DNA of 64,000 nucleotides from Raillietiella orientalis (lineage: Eukaryota): NCBI GenBank assembly GCA_036172245.1, contig JAYWIR010000032.1, positions 1,054,001-1,118,000 on the forward strand, written 5' to 3'. The notes beneath the pieces are model-generated. The model saw nothing but the letters and a program-made list of their open reading frames with translations. It ran no database searches and was not told where the DNA came from. A program made the position numbers and the translations under genes. Shown here piece after piece: positions 36,601 through 49,739 of this stretch. Within the stretch, counting starts at the first letter, position 1; each line of letters opens with the position of its first letter.

Positions 36601-39230
36601 CGAAGAGCACGGCAGATCTTGGCAGGGACAGTACCCGCATTCCCAGCAAGCTGCTCGCCTGCCGGCCTTTGACACTCACCGGAGGGCACGCCGAGCGTCA
36701 AAGGCCGTCAGGCATGAGGTCGAACCAGGAGCAAAGAGAACTTCTTCGTGGGAAGCGATGCCGAAAAACCGCCTCGGGGAATCCCGTTGCTGATGCAGTC
36801 GCGAGGAGAGCGAACGTCTCCTGAGGTCGAGTGGACTCAATGCATCGCGGGCGACCCCTGCCAGGAAACGAACAGGAGGACGCATCCTGCTCTGGGCAGC
36901 ATCCTGCCTCGGGGCGCTTTTCCCTTCAACAAAGGACACATACGGTTCGCAGACCACGGACATTCATTCCACCCCGTTGTCAGTCTCTCGCTCGCTGCTG
37001 GGGAATTCGCCGCTCCCTCCTTCGCGACCACCTCCCGGGAGATCCTGGCAGTCGAGGAACAGGGATTCCTCTCGCGCCCGCGCTCCTCTTCCCGGAGGCA
37101 GTCCGAGATGCCGCGAGCGGCCGCACGCAGGGAAGAACGACCGCCGCTTTCCGACCTTCCTCTTCCTCCTCCCTCTCTCCTCCCCTTTCCTCCTCCACCT
37201 CCCACTTCGCCTGCGGGCAGGAGGCGCCATGGGACAGCGGCGCCCCAAGCGTTTCCGAGGCAACCGGGGACGTCCGTCGGGGGTCGTCGCCCAATCCAGT
37301 CTAACGGCCACGCGCGCTGCTCTCCAACGTGAGTGGGTCGCTCTCCAAGGATGGAGTCACCAGGATGCCCGGTCAGCGGGAGACCGGGTCAAGAAGGATG
37401 CCCTGGACGGCCGGGGAACCGAGCAGCCGACCAGGAAGACCAGTCAGCCTAGCGCTGGTTCAGGGCGAAGCGGGGACAGTCGCGCTGGGCCGCCACGTCG
37501 CTGTCCCCTACGAGTGCCCGTCGATGGCGTTGTGGGAGCCTCGGGGGTCAGCCTCGCCTCCCGACGAGCCGGGGGAGACGTGCCCGCGGCGGTGTCCTGG
37601 ACGAGGACTCCGGAGACGCGGGCTGGGTCGCACCCGCTGCGCAACCGGGGGTGCACGCCGGCAGCGCCTCCTTTCCGGGGGTCAACCGACAGGGTGGCCG
37701 GGCCGGAGAATGCTCCCGTTCTCCGCCCCCACCCTTTCCTCCCTAGGGCGATTCCCCCTCGGGGTGTTGCGGAAGAGTAGCACGGAGCGTCCGTGCGGGG
37801 GCGCACGTCCGCGGGTGTTCCCCTTGACGCCGAGCATCTCGAGAGGGCGGATGAATGCTGAGCGGATCGCCGGAGGAGGCGGGGATTTTTTATGTGTTTC
37901 AAACGTTTCTTGAAGCTTTGGGGTCAAGGAGGGAACCGCGCGGCGGGAGAGGAACGCGTGGTCGAGGGTATGTCGGGAGGGATAGCAGGTGAAGCAGCTG
38001 CGGGGACCAACGTCGGAGGAGGTTCGAGCGAGATGGCGGTCCTGTTCTGGACGAGGTCGGGCCCTCTAGAGACTTAGGGATGGCGTCAGGGAGGGAAGGA
38101 TCACGTGTTGTAAGTGGGCAAACGGACCTCCACTCGCTCCAGAATGGTCATCAAGGAGCGCAGTCTCGTCGCCAGGGTGCTCCAGGGTCAGCGGCCAAGG
38201 TGTGCAGATGGGGCGAATTTCACCACCATTTGGTCTCTTTCCCCTCCCTTCTTTTCCCTCAATGGGGTCAAGGAAGCGTGCTCGACTGAGTTTCAACCCT
38301 GTGCCAGTGGGAGGCGCACATCTGTCCCATTCTCAGCCTCTTTGACTCCGCCTTGAGTCCGTGCTTGGAAGCACCTCTTGGAAGAAGGGGCACCGCCCAT
38401 TTGCGAAAGCGCAACTAAGGGTCGTTTGGGGGGGACATTAAGGGGGAGGGGAGGAGGATCTTTGCGTGGGCGGCTTGAGGACGCCACGCCAGGATGGTAC
38501 TTTGCCGCTTTTCGTACGGTTCGAGGGACTTGTACTTCGCTCACGAGCCTCCGACTACGCAGGTCTGCTCCTGGATCGTCGAAGAGATTCTCTGCGAGCA
38601 GCAGCGATCTCCCGAGATGGGCAGCACAATGACGCGAAGCGCCCACCCGTCAGGAACGCGAAGGCGCGAAAAATCCTCTTGCGGCGCTCCCGGAACCGCG
38701 GTGGCAGAGGACATGCGAGTGGCGCCCTCGCACGTCCTGCTCTTGCTTCGTGTCTCCAGGATAGCGGTCGTTGGCGTTCCCGCTCTTCGCGCTGACCTCT
38801 GATCGAAGGGGTCGCCTGCTGCGAACGTTCCTTTTTCTCCTCCTCAACCACGCAATGTGTAAAACGATGCTATGTCTGTCGGGAGACGAGCCGCGAGGTG
38901 TCCCTCTGTGGGGTCTCTCCTCGCGCGCGGTTGCTCCTAAGATTCATCCAGATCATGCAACACCACTCTCCTCCTCCCTTTGAAAAAAAAAAAAAGGCAC
39001 TCGATTCCTTCCCGGCTAGGGAGGCATGCTGAAAGTACCCGGTGCTAATAATCCAGAGTCATAATCTTGCAGGCATAAAGAGGATACGCGTTTCCTCAAC
39101 CACGCGAGATTACCCGGGAAAATTTCCAAGGGGCGACGTCCCCGTGGTTGGCAGGAATCTCTTGGCTTCCAGGCCGCGGCTACCTACATCCAAATCTCGG
39201 GGACCGAGCGCTGATGATGCACGTAGACGG
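33075..39230 (+). pseudogene. Decayed LRR-coding block(s)
   Basis: RMGRKAFHRLRA; RVVPRNGFQETAGIRVV; EWIHERMFSSLARSQ; VIKGEIFLGLWRLL..DLGRDSTRIPSKLL; EILAVEEQGFLS; AAFRTVRGTCTSLTSLRLR. Confidence 0.75.
33255..33495 (-). mobile_element. SINE copy 4 (5' portion only)
   Basis: Head GCCCGCGTCG.., B-box AGGTTCGAATCCC, then GAGATGGGATGCGTC and TCCTTCCAGGAATC as in the other copies. Absent from the homologous left arm. Confidence 0.8.
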
Positions 39231-39294
39231 GAGGTGGGGAGGAGGGGGAAGAGGAAAGAAAGAGAGAGAGAGAGTCAAAGAAGGAAAAACAAGT

Positions 39295-42200
39295 GATTGA
39301 GTATTTCTCGAGATCATCCTGCGGGATGACAAACGAATGAATATGCGGAATTTCCGGGTATTTCCAGGATCGACGGGTGAGCGTTTACGAAAGCGCTGCA
39401 AAGTACCCGTTGAAGAGAGGCGGCGTCTCCCCACGGTTCCCAGTGAGGGACCCTGTGCGCAAATCGTCGCTAAATGATCGGCAGTGTGGAGGAGGTGTTT
39501 TTGGAAGGGCCTCGAGGGCACGCTAAGAGAACCCGGGTGTCCGGCGAATGGTTCCAGGCTCTTTTCTGATCTCCGGCAGAGGAAAGAGAAAAGTCGCGTC
39601 TCTTGAAGCGGAACAGTTGTTTTGCAGCGATGGCGCGTCCCCTACGAGGGAACCTGGAGTGCCGGTTGCAGCTCTCTTCGGATCGAATTCTGACCTGCCC
39701 TCGGGACGAGAGTCGCATCTGAGCACACAAAAGAGGATCGAGGAAGCGACCCCAATCTTGGGGAGGCCGTCGTTCTCCTCCAGTGTGCACCTTCAGTGTT
39801 TTCCTGTGCGCTGCCGCACCTGAGTTTCCCCACCGAAGATGCGACCATCCCATCCCGAGCCCGGCAAAGCTTTGCGCCCTCGCATGTCCTCCGCGAGCTT
39901 CGTGCCCCCAGGGACGTGGGCAGCCTCAGCTGGTGATTTGCAGTGCGCTTGCGTCACAAACCACCAGTCGCTTCTGGACGGTGTCCTTCACGGAAGTGTA
40001 TGCGCATGGAGGCGCATGCCAAGCCGAGTGGTTTCCTAGAGCTCAGCTGGGATTAGCGATGCCGAATCGCGCTGCGAAGAGATTTTCTCCTCTTTCAAGC
40101 TCCTTGCAAATCATGCAGGAAGCTGCCTGAGGCAACGAAGTTTGCGTTCCCGCGATCGGAAGGCCCTCTTCTCTGCCAGGTATCTGCGGATGTCGCTTGA
40201 GATCCACAAAGATGAAGGAATGCGATGGGAAATGCCGCGCTCCTCAGCGGTGCTCGTCCGGATGTCATCTGGAAGATGCACATCTGTCCGTACCAGCGGA
40301 TGAACTAACGATTGTGATGAGAGAATTTGATGCTCATCCCGGAAGTTGGGAGGCTGGGAGGCGTCCGCCCTTCGTCTCGTAAGGAACGGGAAAGAGAAGA
40401 AGTGACAATGAGGCCACCAGATGCTGTTGGACAGTTTTTAAAGAGCTGGCAAGGGCGCAAGTGAAAGAGGTAGCTGCTGTTGGGGCAGAACCGGAAGAGG
40501 GAAGCGATCGATAACTTTTCCGTGTTGCCAGCACTTCTTGCACGCTGGATGGCTAACAAAAACCGGGCCATTGCTGGTGCCCCTGTCCGAAGGAAGGAGC
40601 AGGTTACGGGAAGCTGAAACCTCGTCGCTCAGCTGCCCTCAGCGTGATTCAGGAGCGCTGCTGCCTCCGAGAAAGACCCAGGCCATTAAGCGAGCGAGGG
40701 AAAAGATTTTATCAAACTGTTGCATCGCTCGAGGGACGGACTCATTCCGCCGTTCAAGCAGGAACAGGAGTTGGATCCTGCAAGAACTGCACGTCGACAC
40801 GCAGTGGCGTGGGAGAGGGCGATCGTCGCGGGCAGCGTCAGCACAAGGAAGAATCGAAGAACGCATAGTTGTAGTTGTCCTTTGCACCCGAAGAAAACAC
40901 TGACTTTTGTGTACAGTACAACGAAGCTCTTGCAAGCACTCAGTACCGAAGAGCGTCGAGTGAATTACGATGTTCCCCACAAAAAGGGGAAAGAAAGGAA
41001 AAGCTCCAGCTTGGCCGGACGGACATGCGCGGCGTGCAGAGCCATCTATAGCGCCCTCATGTCCGGTGCCCCGGGCCACTGCGTCTTTTGAGGGCACCCG
41101 ACGGAAGGAGATCGAAAGGAAAGGAGGCGGGAGTTAGGCCGCTGCGCTCTGGAGAGAAACAGCGCGTCGTAGTGACCGAGATAGGACACCAACACCCTGC
41201 CCGGGGGGGGGGGGGAGGGCACGAGCCAATTCATCGTAGGCGTTTCCTTCGTGCACGAGAGCGGCTGATCCGCTGCTGAGTCAGCACAAGGCGTGCTGCG
41301 ACTCTGTAGACGGGGGTGAGGGACGCGCAGCAGCTGTTGCTGCTGGATTCACTTCCGTTCACGAACGGCTCGTCCTTCGCACAAGGCTGCCTTCGTGGAG
41401 CAGCTTCTTCTGTTGCTTTCTGCACGCACGCTGGAGGGCGAGCGGGAAGGATGTGCTTCTTTGCCTCCTCTCCCGCCGCCGCTTCCACGCGCACGCCTTG
41501 GTCGCATCCGGGAACCTCGGCTTTCTGCAGCTTCTGGCGATCGGGACCCGCTGCAGCCCCGAGCATGTCTCGGGGAATCCGCGAACGGTGGGTCCCGCTG
41601 CCCACGCGTGCCTCGCGAGAGTCGAGGACGTTCGAAATGGAAGGTTTCCCGAACGGAAAGCGGAAGAGGTGCCACGAGCACACGAAACGCTCAAGGATTC
41701 GGGATGAAAAATCGCACCGTGGTTCACTCGGGGTGCGTTTCCGAGGGAAGCGCTCTTCGTGGATACGGCTAGATCGCCCCAAGGACCCAAGCTTGTTCCG
41801 GGGAGACGGTCGGAGGATGGCTTTGGCTCGTGTCCGTGACGGAATCGGAAAGGTGTTTCCAGGTGTTGCATGGTGCACGCTCTGCACTCGCTCTGGTGAC
41901 TGTAGGAGAACCCGCAATTCTGGAATGAAGCCGAACCACGCATCCCAGATCACGGAGACCGGCACTCATTCGGCTGCCATCAGGGAGGAGCATGCATACA
42001 CAACGAAAACGGGGGCCCTGACCAGCAGCTAAGGGATGGCCGGAGTGGGGTGGTCACTTCAACACTCCGTCTCCGGCAGTTTCTCGGAAAGAAACGCGCC
42101 GGCGGATGTTCCAGCCGTCCACTGCTCCTCCTGCTTGTTGACGCTCTTCGACAGAGGAGGTGCGTCCCTCTCGACTCCTCCCTCACGAGGAAGAGTCGCC

Positions 42201-43870
42201 TGCGTAGCGCCTCTTTTAGGGGAAGAGGCAGGAACGAGCGAGACGTAGCATAGGTTCCCCACCTTCCGGAGGTCCCAGTGGTTCCCAGGGGTTTTTCGGA
42301 CTTTGGCTGCCCCGACCCGTCCTCCGTGCGTTCCCGCAGCTGCTTGTCCGTCGGCCAGCGGCGCGCGCGCGCCCGAGTCGTTGGCAGAGAGAGTTACGTG
42401 TCGGTTTCCCGCCGCTTCACTTGGCCCGCGAATCTCCATGGACCCGCACCATCCGCGCGCTCCCCTTCCCACGACACCTGCTCCCTCTGCGGAAGTTCTC
42501 TTTGCTCCCGGAGCTCTGGGTTTCGAGAGGATCGTTTGCCCTAACCCGCGGCGCGCCACCTGCGCTCTGAGGGCAGCGTGGCTCCTTCGTCCTGCCTCGT
42601 TCCTCCACCTCCTGCCCATCCAAAGGCCAGATGGGACGCGGGCAGTGGATCGATCTTGCCCTCCGGCGCCGGACGGTCGCCTCGGCCGCGCTGCAGCACT
42701 TTCAGCTGCGGACGGCGGGGGACCCTGGCAGGCGACCGGCGTGGAGTCGTCCCTGCGGCACGGACTTCCCCGAGGCAAGGCAGTCGCGTCATCGTCCTGG
42801 ACGCGTGCTTCCACCTCGAGGGTGCAGGGGGAGCGTTCAAGGAGGGCGCGCTAGCGAAAAGAGGGAAACGCACAGGAACGACGACGCGCTTTCCCTTTCA
42901 CTTTCAGGAGCTCGGACGGTCCGTACCCTCTCATTGCCGCCGCTGTCCCGCTGAGGTTCCAGGATCCGAGAGGACGCCGAGAGGGGGAAGGAGTCCTGCC
43001 GCTCCTCCTCTCATACCCGCCGCCTCCGCACCCCGGAAACGGCTCCGAGGGCGGCGAAAAGTTTGGGGCTCACGACCAGAGCGGGACGGAGCAGAGAGTG
43101 AATCCTTTCCTGGGGGTCCCTCCGGAGAAGAAATGACTCGTGGTCCCCTACGGGGGGACTCTCCGGAGAGAATAAGGAAGACGTTGCTTTCGGGATTCCC
43201 CTAACAAGCGTGAGAGGAACGGATTCCTTCCTCCGCAGCTTCCGTGGATTCACAGGGTGGTCCCTATGGGGTCACCCCCCTATAAACTGACGGGTCACAC
43301 GCGCGCCCTCGGGTGGGCGTGGACGGCGTCAAAAAGCTTTGAGAGCCCTCCGTAAGGAGGCGGACGGTTCTTCAGCACTTAGCGAGCCAAAAACAGAAAA
43401 AGGAAAGAGGTGGAAAGGAACAGAAGAACCCCGAAGAGGTTTCCATCAGCCATTTGATCTCCCTCCCTAAGGAACGCAAGGGACAGCACAATCCCGGAAA
43501 GGTGGGAAGTGACGCGCTGCATAGCAGCAAAGAGGAAACTTCTGGGGACGTGGACAACTCGTCGGCACATGGACGCTGCGACCCCGAGTGTCCCACCCCA
43601 ACGACTTCTACGCTGGGGCGAGCTGCTCGACATCCCTCCGGAGGGTGTCCCCCAGCGTGTCGGAACAGTGGCGCCCTCCCCCTCAGTTGGCGGGAGTTGG
43701 CGTTGCTGGTGGTACATTGGAGTCTCCCGTGCAGGGTCCACCGACGTCACTGAACACGGGGGAGCGTGAGCGCTCAGTGCGACAGGCGCGGGAAGAAGGA
43801 GGCCCTCCCGTACCTCTGTTGGACTATGCCGCTCTCCGACCCCTTTGGGATCGCCTAGCGACGATCCCAT
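39295..43870 (-). pseudogene. Decayed LRR-coding block interrupted by SINE copy 5
   Basis: VSVIWDAWFGFIPELRVLLQSPERVQSV; PRNKLGSLGR; SRIPRDML; IQLLFLLERRNESVPRAMQQFDKIFSL; NTEKLSIAS..LFHLRPCQLFKNCP; PPCAYTSVKDTVQK. Confidence 0.75.
43050..43400 (+). mobile_element. SINE copy 5 (3' portion)
   Basis: CAAGCGTGAGAGGAACGGATTCC..GGTGGTCCCTATGGGG..CGGTTCTTCAGCACTTAGCGAGCCAAAAAC matches the 3' end of copies 1 and 2. Confidence 0.8.
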
Positions 43871-45250
43871 AAATCCCGGCGGGCGGCCCCAGAAACACTT
43901 CTAGACGCCTCTTTTCTGGCATTCGTGTCGCCGCCTTTCGAGGCGAGCGCTTTGCAGTACTTCTTTACGCTGCCCATCCGCGTTGCCGTTCTCGCCGTCT
44001 TTTCATCCGCGTTGAAGAAGAGGACCCCGATGAGTTTGTTCACTTCCCCCTTGATCGCTGCGATGGGACCACTTCTTCTCGCTTCTCTTTCTCGAGAGCA
44101 GAATCTATCGCTAGAGACGGACTTTCCTCCGAGCTCCCTCTCTTCCTGGACGGAGCCTTCTCGGCTCCTCTCACCTCTCTTCGCGCGCTGTGCCGCACTG
44201 CCGCGCCTCTTGCAGTTCTCTGCTGTCTCCGAGGGATCGCAGCGGCCTGGAACGCAGGATGACTAGGCCGGAATGGCAGGGACGCGATCCACTGGGCACG
44301 GATCTTCCTGAAGACCTCCTCGAGATGACCCCACCTGGGTCAGACACGAGCGCAACTTGGCGGCATCCTGAACAGGATGCAGAGAACTCCTGGCAGCGGA
44401 CTGTGATCCCTTTCTCGGTCCCCCCTCCCCTGTATTTTTGTTGTTGCTGTTTCCGCTTCCCTCACGCTGACGAAGCGGACCTCGCCGGTCTGCGTACAGC
44501 GCAGGCTCATCGCACGTGTGGGATGTGTGTAGAACCGTTGGTTCTACCACACCGATGTATTTTACTGCTTTATGTAATTAATTCTCCGGTACAACCCGGC
44601 ACAACCGGGTGACAAGCGTCCTCCAGAGAGGACCCCGCCGACGAGGGTTCGCAGAGTCGAATGGCCGGCTGGAAGGCGCGCGTGTTCCCCTCCCGGCTGC
44701 CCGAGGGGCACGGGTCGGCGGCGCGCCGCGAGACCTGCGTGCTGCTAGCGGGGGCGGGCCTGCAGCGCGGAAAAGACGCGTCTCGAGAAGGCCAGTAAAG
44801 ACCCGGGAGGGGGCTGTGAGGAGAGAGGAGAGATACAGCCCGATCCGGACGTGCGTGATGAGGCCGGGCGCAAGGGAGATGGGACCTCCCGCGTTGGTGA
44901 GCGCGGTGTCGTCACGCTCTCGTCACCAGGCACGGAGCGAACTCTGCCGACATTTTTGTGTGTGTGTTGCGTGCGCCATGCGGTCAGACCTCCCTTCCCT
45001 TCCCGTCATCTCCCCTGCCCTCATTCACGTCCCGCGAGCGAAACGCTCAGCGTGTCTGGAACAGGCAGCAGATGTTCCAGGAGTGCCTCCCGAGATGCTG
45101 GATGGAAATCCTTGGAGCGGGTTCGGTTCGTTCCACAACAGAAGACAAAGGGCGGAGAAAGCCACAGGAGAGAAAGGGCTCTTCCTCTTGGGCTCCCCCA
45201 GGGACGTGCCCGGCACCCGGTTATTTTGTGTGCCGCTGATGGTGACTTCA
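43870..45250 (+). pseudogene. Decayed LRR-coding block
   Basis: IAAMGPLLLASLSREQNLSL; TDLPEDLL; EADLAGL; LPVISPALIHVP; GVPPEMLDG. Confidence 0.55.
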
Positions 45251-48200
45251 TGAGCAATTCCAGGAAAGAAGGGTCGAAGGCTCGAGTCCCAGAAGAGGGA
45301 TATTCCTTCTCCGGGCGTTCCGTCCTCGTTAGATAGGGGCAGACGGTTTCGGGCTTTCCCTCAGACAACCGGCGCGGCCGCTTCCCGATCGACCCCGCCG
45401 AACGAGAGCAGCAGCTGCTCAGCCGACAGCCGAGAGTCCCCGGGTCCCATTCGTTCCCTCTTTGACGTAGGAGGGAGGGGGAGCGTCGCTTCCCGATTGA
45501 GCGTTCCTGCTGTTCCGGAGCAGTGCAGCGCAAGGTCCGCCTCCGAGCTGTGGACCAGCTGACTTGTGATCGCAAATGTCTGGGGGTCTTTTCTTCGCTA
45601 AGCGTGGTCACACGTGGATGGAGCAGATGACATCTGTCCCTTTCCTTTTCCTTTTTCCCTTTTTTTTGGATGCAAGGAAGGACGTCCCTGAAGGAATTCA
45701 GGTCACGTTTGCCCGGGCTGCGGCGACCGAGAAGGGGGCTGGGAAACGTTGGTGACGATTGCAGGGAAGCCGAGCCAAAAATCCTAAGATGGCACTTGCG
45801 ATTCCTGCTCATCTTCTTGGATGCTGGAGAGGTTGCGGCCTCCGGATCCAAAGGAGGACCAAGGAAACGATCACCGAATTTTTCCCGCGCTCTCGAAACT
45901 GCGTCCCACGTGATGTTCGACCGGACGTCTTCTGGAAGACCCAGGCGCCCTTGAGAGGGCAGAGAACCCTTTGAAGACCCAGCTGCAAGCCAGTCCCAGG
46001 GCTCCTGACCCCGCTGGACGTAGTCCCTGCGCCAAAGGGCGGCCCCCACGTTTTCGCGGATGACCGCGTTTCTCAGGAAACCACGTCCGGTCTCCTACCG
46101 CCACCCGCTGCGCCACCGCGGTTCTCCTTGACCGGCGGGCTGAACCCAGGTGTCGGATGTCCCCTCCCTATTCGAGGTCGGTCCTTCCTACATAGTGGGG
46201 CGGCGGGACTATAAGCTCCCGGCGACTGCGAGATGGAAAGGGGAGGGGAGTTGCCTTGGTTCCCACTCGCGCCACCGTTTTCCTGAGGGAGATCCGCGCT
46301 TCCGCACTTGCAGAGGAGACGTCGTAAATTACGGAGTGTGGAGGATGGGAACCAGGGAATAGCCTGGAATTGATTCCGGGGCCAGCATCCTTCCACTCCG
46401 ACCATCGCGGACGGGATCGAGCAACGCGTGCGCGGAGCACGTAGGGAGTGGGACAAGGCGCGGAAGCCCGGTGGCGACGTCCGCGTCGCCGCTCGTCGAA
46501 GATGGACCACCGCTCCAGTGACATTTGCCTGTGGCGCTCGATCTTCGAGTGGCCTCGCACGGGTGTTCGGCGGCTGCTGCTCTACTGTCCCCCTCCCCCC
46601 CTCCGTACGCGCCGCGTGCGTCGCCGCTCGTCTCGGCTACCCCGTGTCAGACTCAGCGATGCAGGGGGACACTCCCTGGGGATGTGGACAGAGGGAATCC
46701 TCCTAACCATCATCGCGTGCGCAGAACGCCGAGCTGACCCGGGGGGGCTCAGGAGCTTGTCGTTGAACGTCGGGCACATGTTTGCTTCGCTGGCTGGTGA
46801 CGGGAATTTCGGGACGCGACTGGGATCTCCTTGGAAGTCAACCCTCCGGGTCTACGGACGGGGTGGTGCAGGTCAACCGGAGGAGCAGCAGCCGCATCCC
46901 TCAGTCAAAGCCGCCCTCAAGTTCGAGAACAGTGAGCAGCAGGGACGTCCGGGGGGTCCTTGGAAACGGCCTCTACCCGATACGGAAGAAGAGGATCGCT
47001 GACAAAACACCCCCGCTTTCCTTGAAGATCGCGCTGCGAATCCTCAGGAGCGAGGGTCCAGCAAGGAGGATGCGAGGTTGTGCTAGGGGAGCCTCAGGCA
47101 TCCCAGAAAAGCGAGGGGTGCCATGCAGTGCGGAGAAGCTCAGGTGACGCGCGAGCGAAGGTGCCGACTTCTCGCTGCCGTGGGAAGCGCCTCCGACCTT
47201 CGCAAGGTCCCGAAGGACGGCCGCGGATCGATACGGGACGCACGCCACTAGGAGGACCAAACTCCACCCCCACTCCTACCCACCACATCCGCTCAAGAGC
47301 GGTGGTGGCTCCTTCTCCCCCGCTGCTCTCCCCAGTCAAACCCTCCGGCGCTCTCGAAAGACACGACCGATGGACTGCGTCCAGACCGACATCCCCCAGC
47401 TTCCCTCCAGCGATCGGGACGTCCAGGGAGAGGATTTTAAAAGGAAGACAGGGATTCTAGGGACCCACTCCGGGGGCACGCTATCTACCCTTCCTCCTCT
47501 ACCGGGAGGAGGAAGCTCCCCCCTCCCAGCCGACCTCCGCTCTTCCCTCGGTTTGTGAAATGTTGAAGGACTGTCCGTCCACTTACGAAGGGCTGGAGAA
47601 GCTCCCTGGGGCGCTGTCCGCCCCATCCGAGGGTGCGCGTGACTCTTCTTCAAGCTGTAGGGACCACCCGGTGAATCCAGGAAGGCTACTTTCTCAGCTT
47701 GGTAGGGAAACCCGAAGGGAACCACCCCTCCCTTCTCCGGAGGCAACCCCCGGAAAGGGTCCGTTCCCTGCTTCCTCCTCCTCCGAATAAAACCCCGAAG
47801 GGACGCTGCCAAATTTCCCCTGAAGGGTCGCTCCCGAAGGGATTGACGCGCTCCTTGTACGCTGGAGAGGGAGTCTTCCGAGGGGAGGGCATCGACTGGC
47901 TCCGTAGAGCGATTTGGAGGCCTCCCAACCCTCCTTCGAAGGGGAGGGAATACGCTCCTCCAGCTTCACAGCCAGAGGAGAACCCTGGAGGGCTCCGGAG
48001 GGTCAATTTCCCATGCCGGCCAGTCGAGGGGGTAACCAAACAGCCAACCAGCGCCATCCTTCGGGGAGCATCCCACGACTCGCCCTCTCCAGTTCCCTGG
48101 CCGTCGGCGCTTCCCTGCAGAAGGAGTTCGAACCCGCGATGCCCGGGCCGTGCGGTTGAACAGTCCGCTGATTCTCCAGGTCGAGGAAGTCTTACGTCGC

Positions 48201-49700
48201 AAATGGCCGTCGGGCGTTCGACCCACGCCAGCGGACCCCACAGTCTCTGCGCCTGCGCGCCCGCGAACTTCCGGCTGGCAGCCTGCAGGCCGGCGCGCGC
48301 GCGGTGTGCTCGCCTGCAGAGACAGCTTGCCAGACGAAACGAGAAGCTGGCCGCCGCGGCGCTGGACTCTTCGCCAGGATCCAGTCTCTACGCCGAAGGA
48401 CCCTGGAGCAATGGCGGGCAGGCAGGGGACCCGCTGCTCTAGTCCCACTCCCTTTCCGCTCGTCTGCCGTTCCCCTGACGACGACAGGGGATCTCTATGC
48501 CGCTCGAACAGAATCGCTTGCGGCACGAGCGGCACCGTGTGACTCTTTTGTCTTCCTCCTGAAGGTCATCTCCTGGACGACCTGCTCCGAGAGGTCTGCT
48601 CTCCTCAGTATCCTGTCGGCGGATGGTTTTCTGTCAGGTTCCCTTTCGGCCACCAAAGCGGGTTCGCAGGGAAGTGAACACCCCGTCGCCGCTTCGGCTC
48701 GGAGCGTCTCCAGAGCAGCCGAGCTCAACGCTCGAAACTGCCTGACCCCTCTCAGAGGCCTATCGTCATCCTCCGCCTGCTTGGAGCTCCGCATCTCTTT
48801 CAGGCTTCCGGGATAGGAAAGAGCACCGGAAAAAGGGAGGACCCTCCGGTACGGTCGAGTGATGTTTGGACTCAGAGAACAAGAGGTGACCTTCGAGGCA
48901 GGGGAGGTCAACCCGGTCAGGACAACTGGAGCGAGGGCTCGAGGGTCCGCTCGGTGAGGCAGCCACTTCCATCTCCCTTCCCTCTCCCCCCCCCCCCTCC
49001 CCACAACGACGCGAGCGCACTGGAAGATCCGGAGGCCTCGTTGAAGCGTAGGTGATCTTCGCCCGAGGGTGACCCCGACCACGAGTTCCGCGCTCTGGTA
49101 GCAAAGGGGAGGACAACCGGGGCCGGGAGTGCTCTTCCAGCAGACCAAGGTGCCGGAACCCCGTTTCGGACCCTGCAGCATCCCTCCGATGGACGCCGAA
49201 AGCTGCGGGTCAGCCCCACTCGTTGGCCCTCGCAGAATGCCGCTTTCCGTGACGCCACCTGCGCGCGCACCTCGCCCTGCTCTCCCGCAAAGTGACGCCC
49301 CCCCTCTCTGTTGGACGACCCCTCGGTGAACGGGCGACCTCACGCCGCCCTGGATGGGACCCGGGGGAGAACCAGGAGCGAGACTGGCAGCACCGTGCCA
49401 CCGCTCCCATGCTCGAAAGTGCACGCGAAGCGCCCATCCTGGCTCCCTCCTCGCGCTCCAGGAAGGAGCCACGAGGGTCTCCGGTTGGTTCAGGAGGAGC
49501 GGGCTTGCCTGAGACCCCGGTGACCGGCCTTCTTTGCTGTTCGTCGAGGTCGTGCGCGCGCGCACCGTGCCATCCCGAGGCGAAAGCCCTGTCTCCTTCC
49601 ACCCGGCGATGGGAACACTTCCGGTCCCCCCCTATCCCCGCCTCTCTGCCTCGCCAGATCGCCGACACCCCTTCCAGGGATTCCTTCCTTCCTCCTCCCC
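45250..49700 (-). pseudogene. Decayed LRR-coding block interrupted by SINE copy 6
   Basis: RALAPVVLTGLTS; QFRALSSAALETLR; LRRADLSEQVVQEMTF; VPYRSAAVLRDL; LLRIRSAIFKESGGVLSAILF; PRNQFQAIPWFPSSTLRNLRRLL; NSFRDVLPCIQK. Confidence 0.75.
47545..48155 (-). mobile_element. SINE copy 6
   Basis: Forward GTAGGGACCACCCGGTGAATCCAGG and GCCAACCAGCGCCAT. B-box GGGTTCGAACTCC on the minus strand near 48135-48123. Confidence 0.8.
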
Positions 49701-49739
49701 CTTTCCCCCTACACCCCTCCGCGGCTGCATGGTCCCACT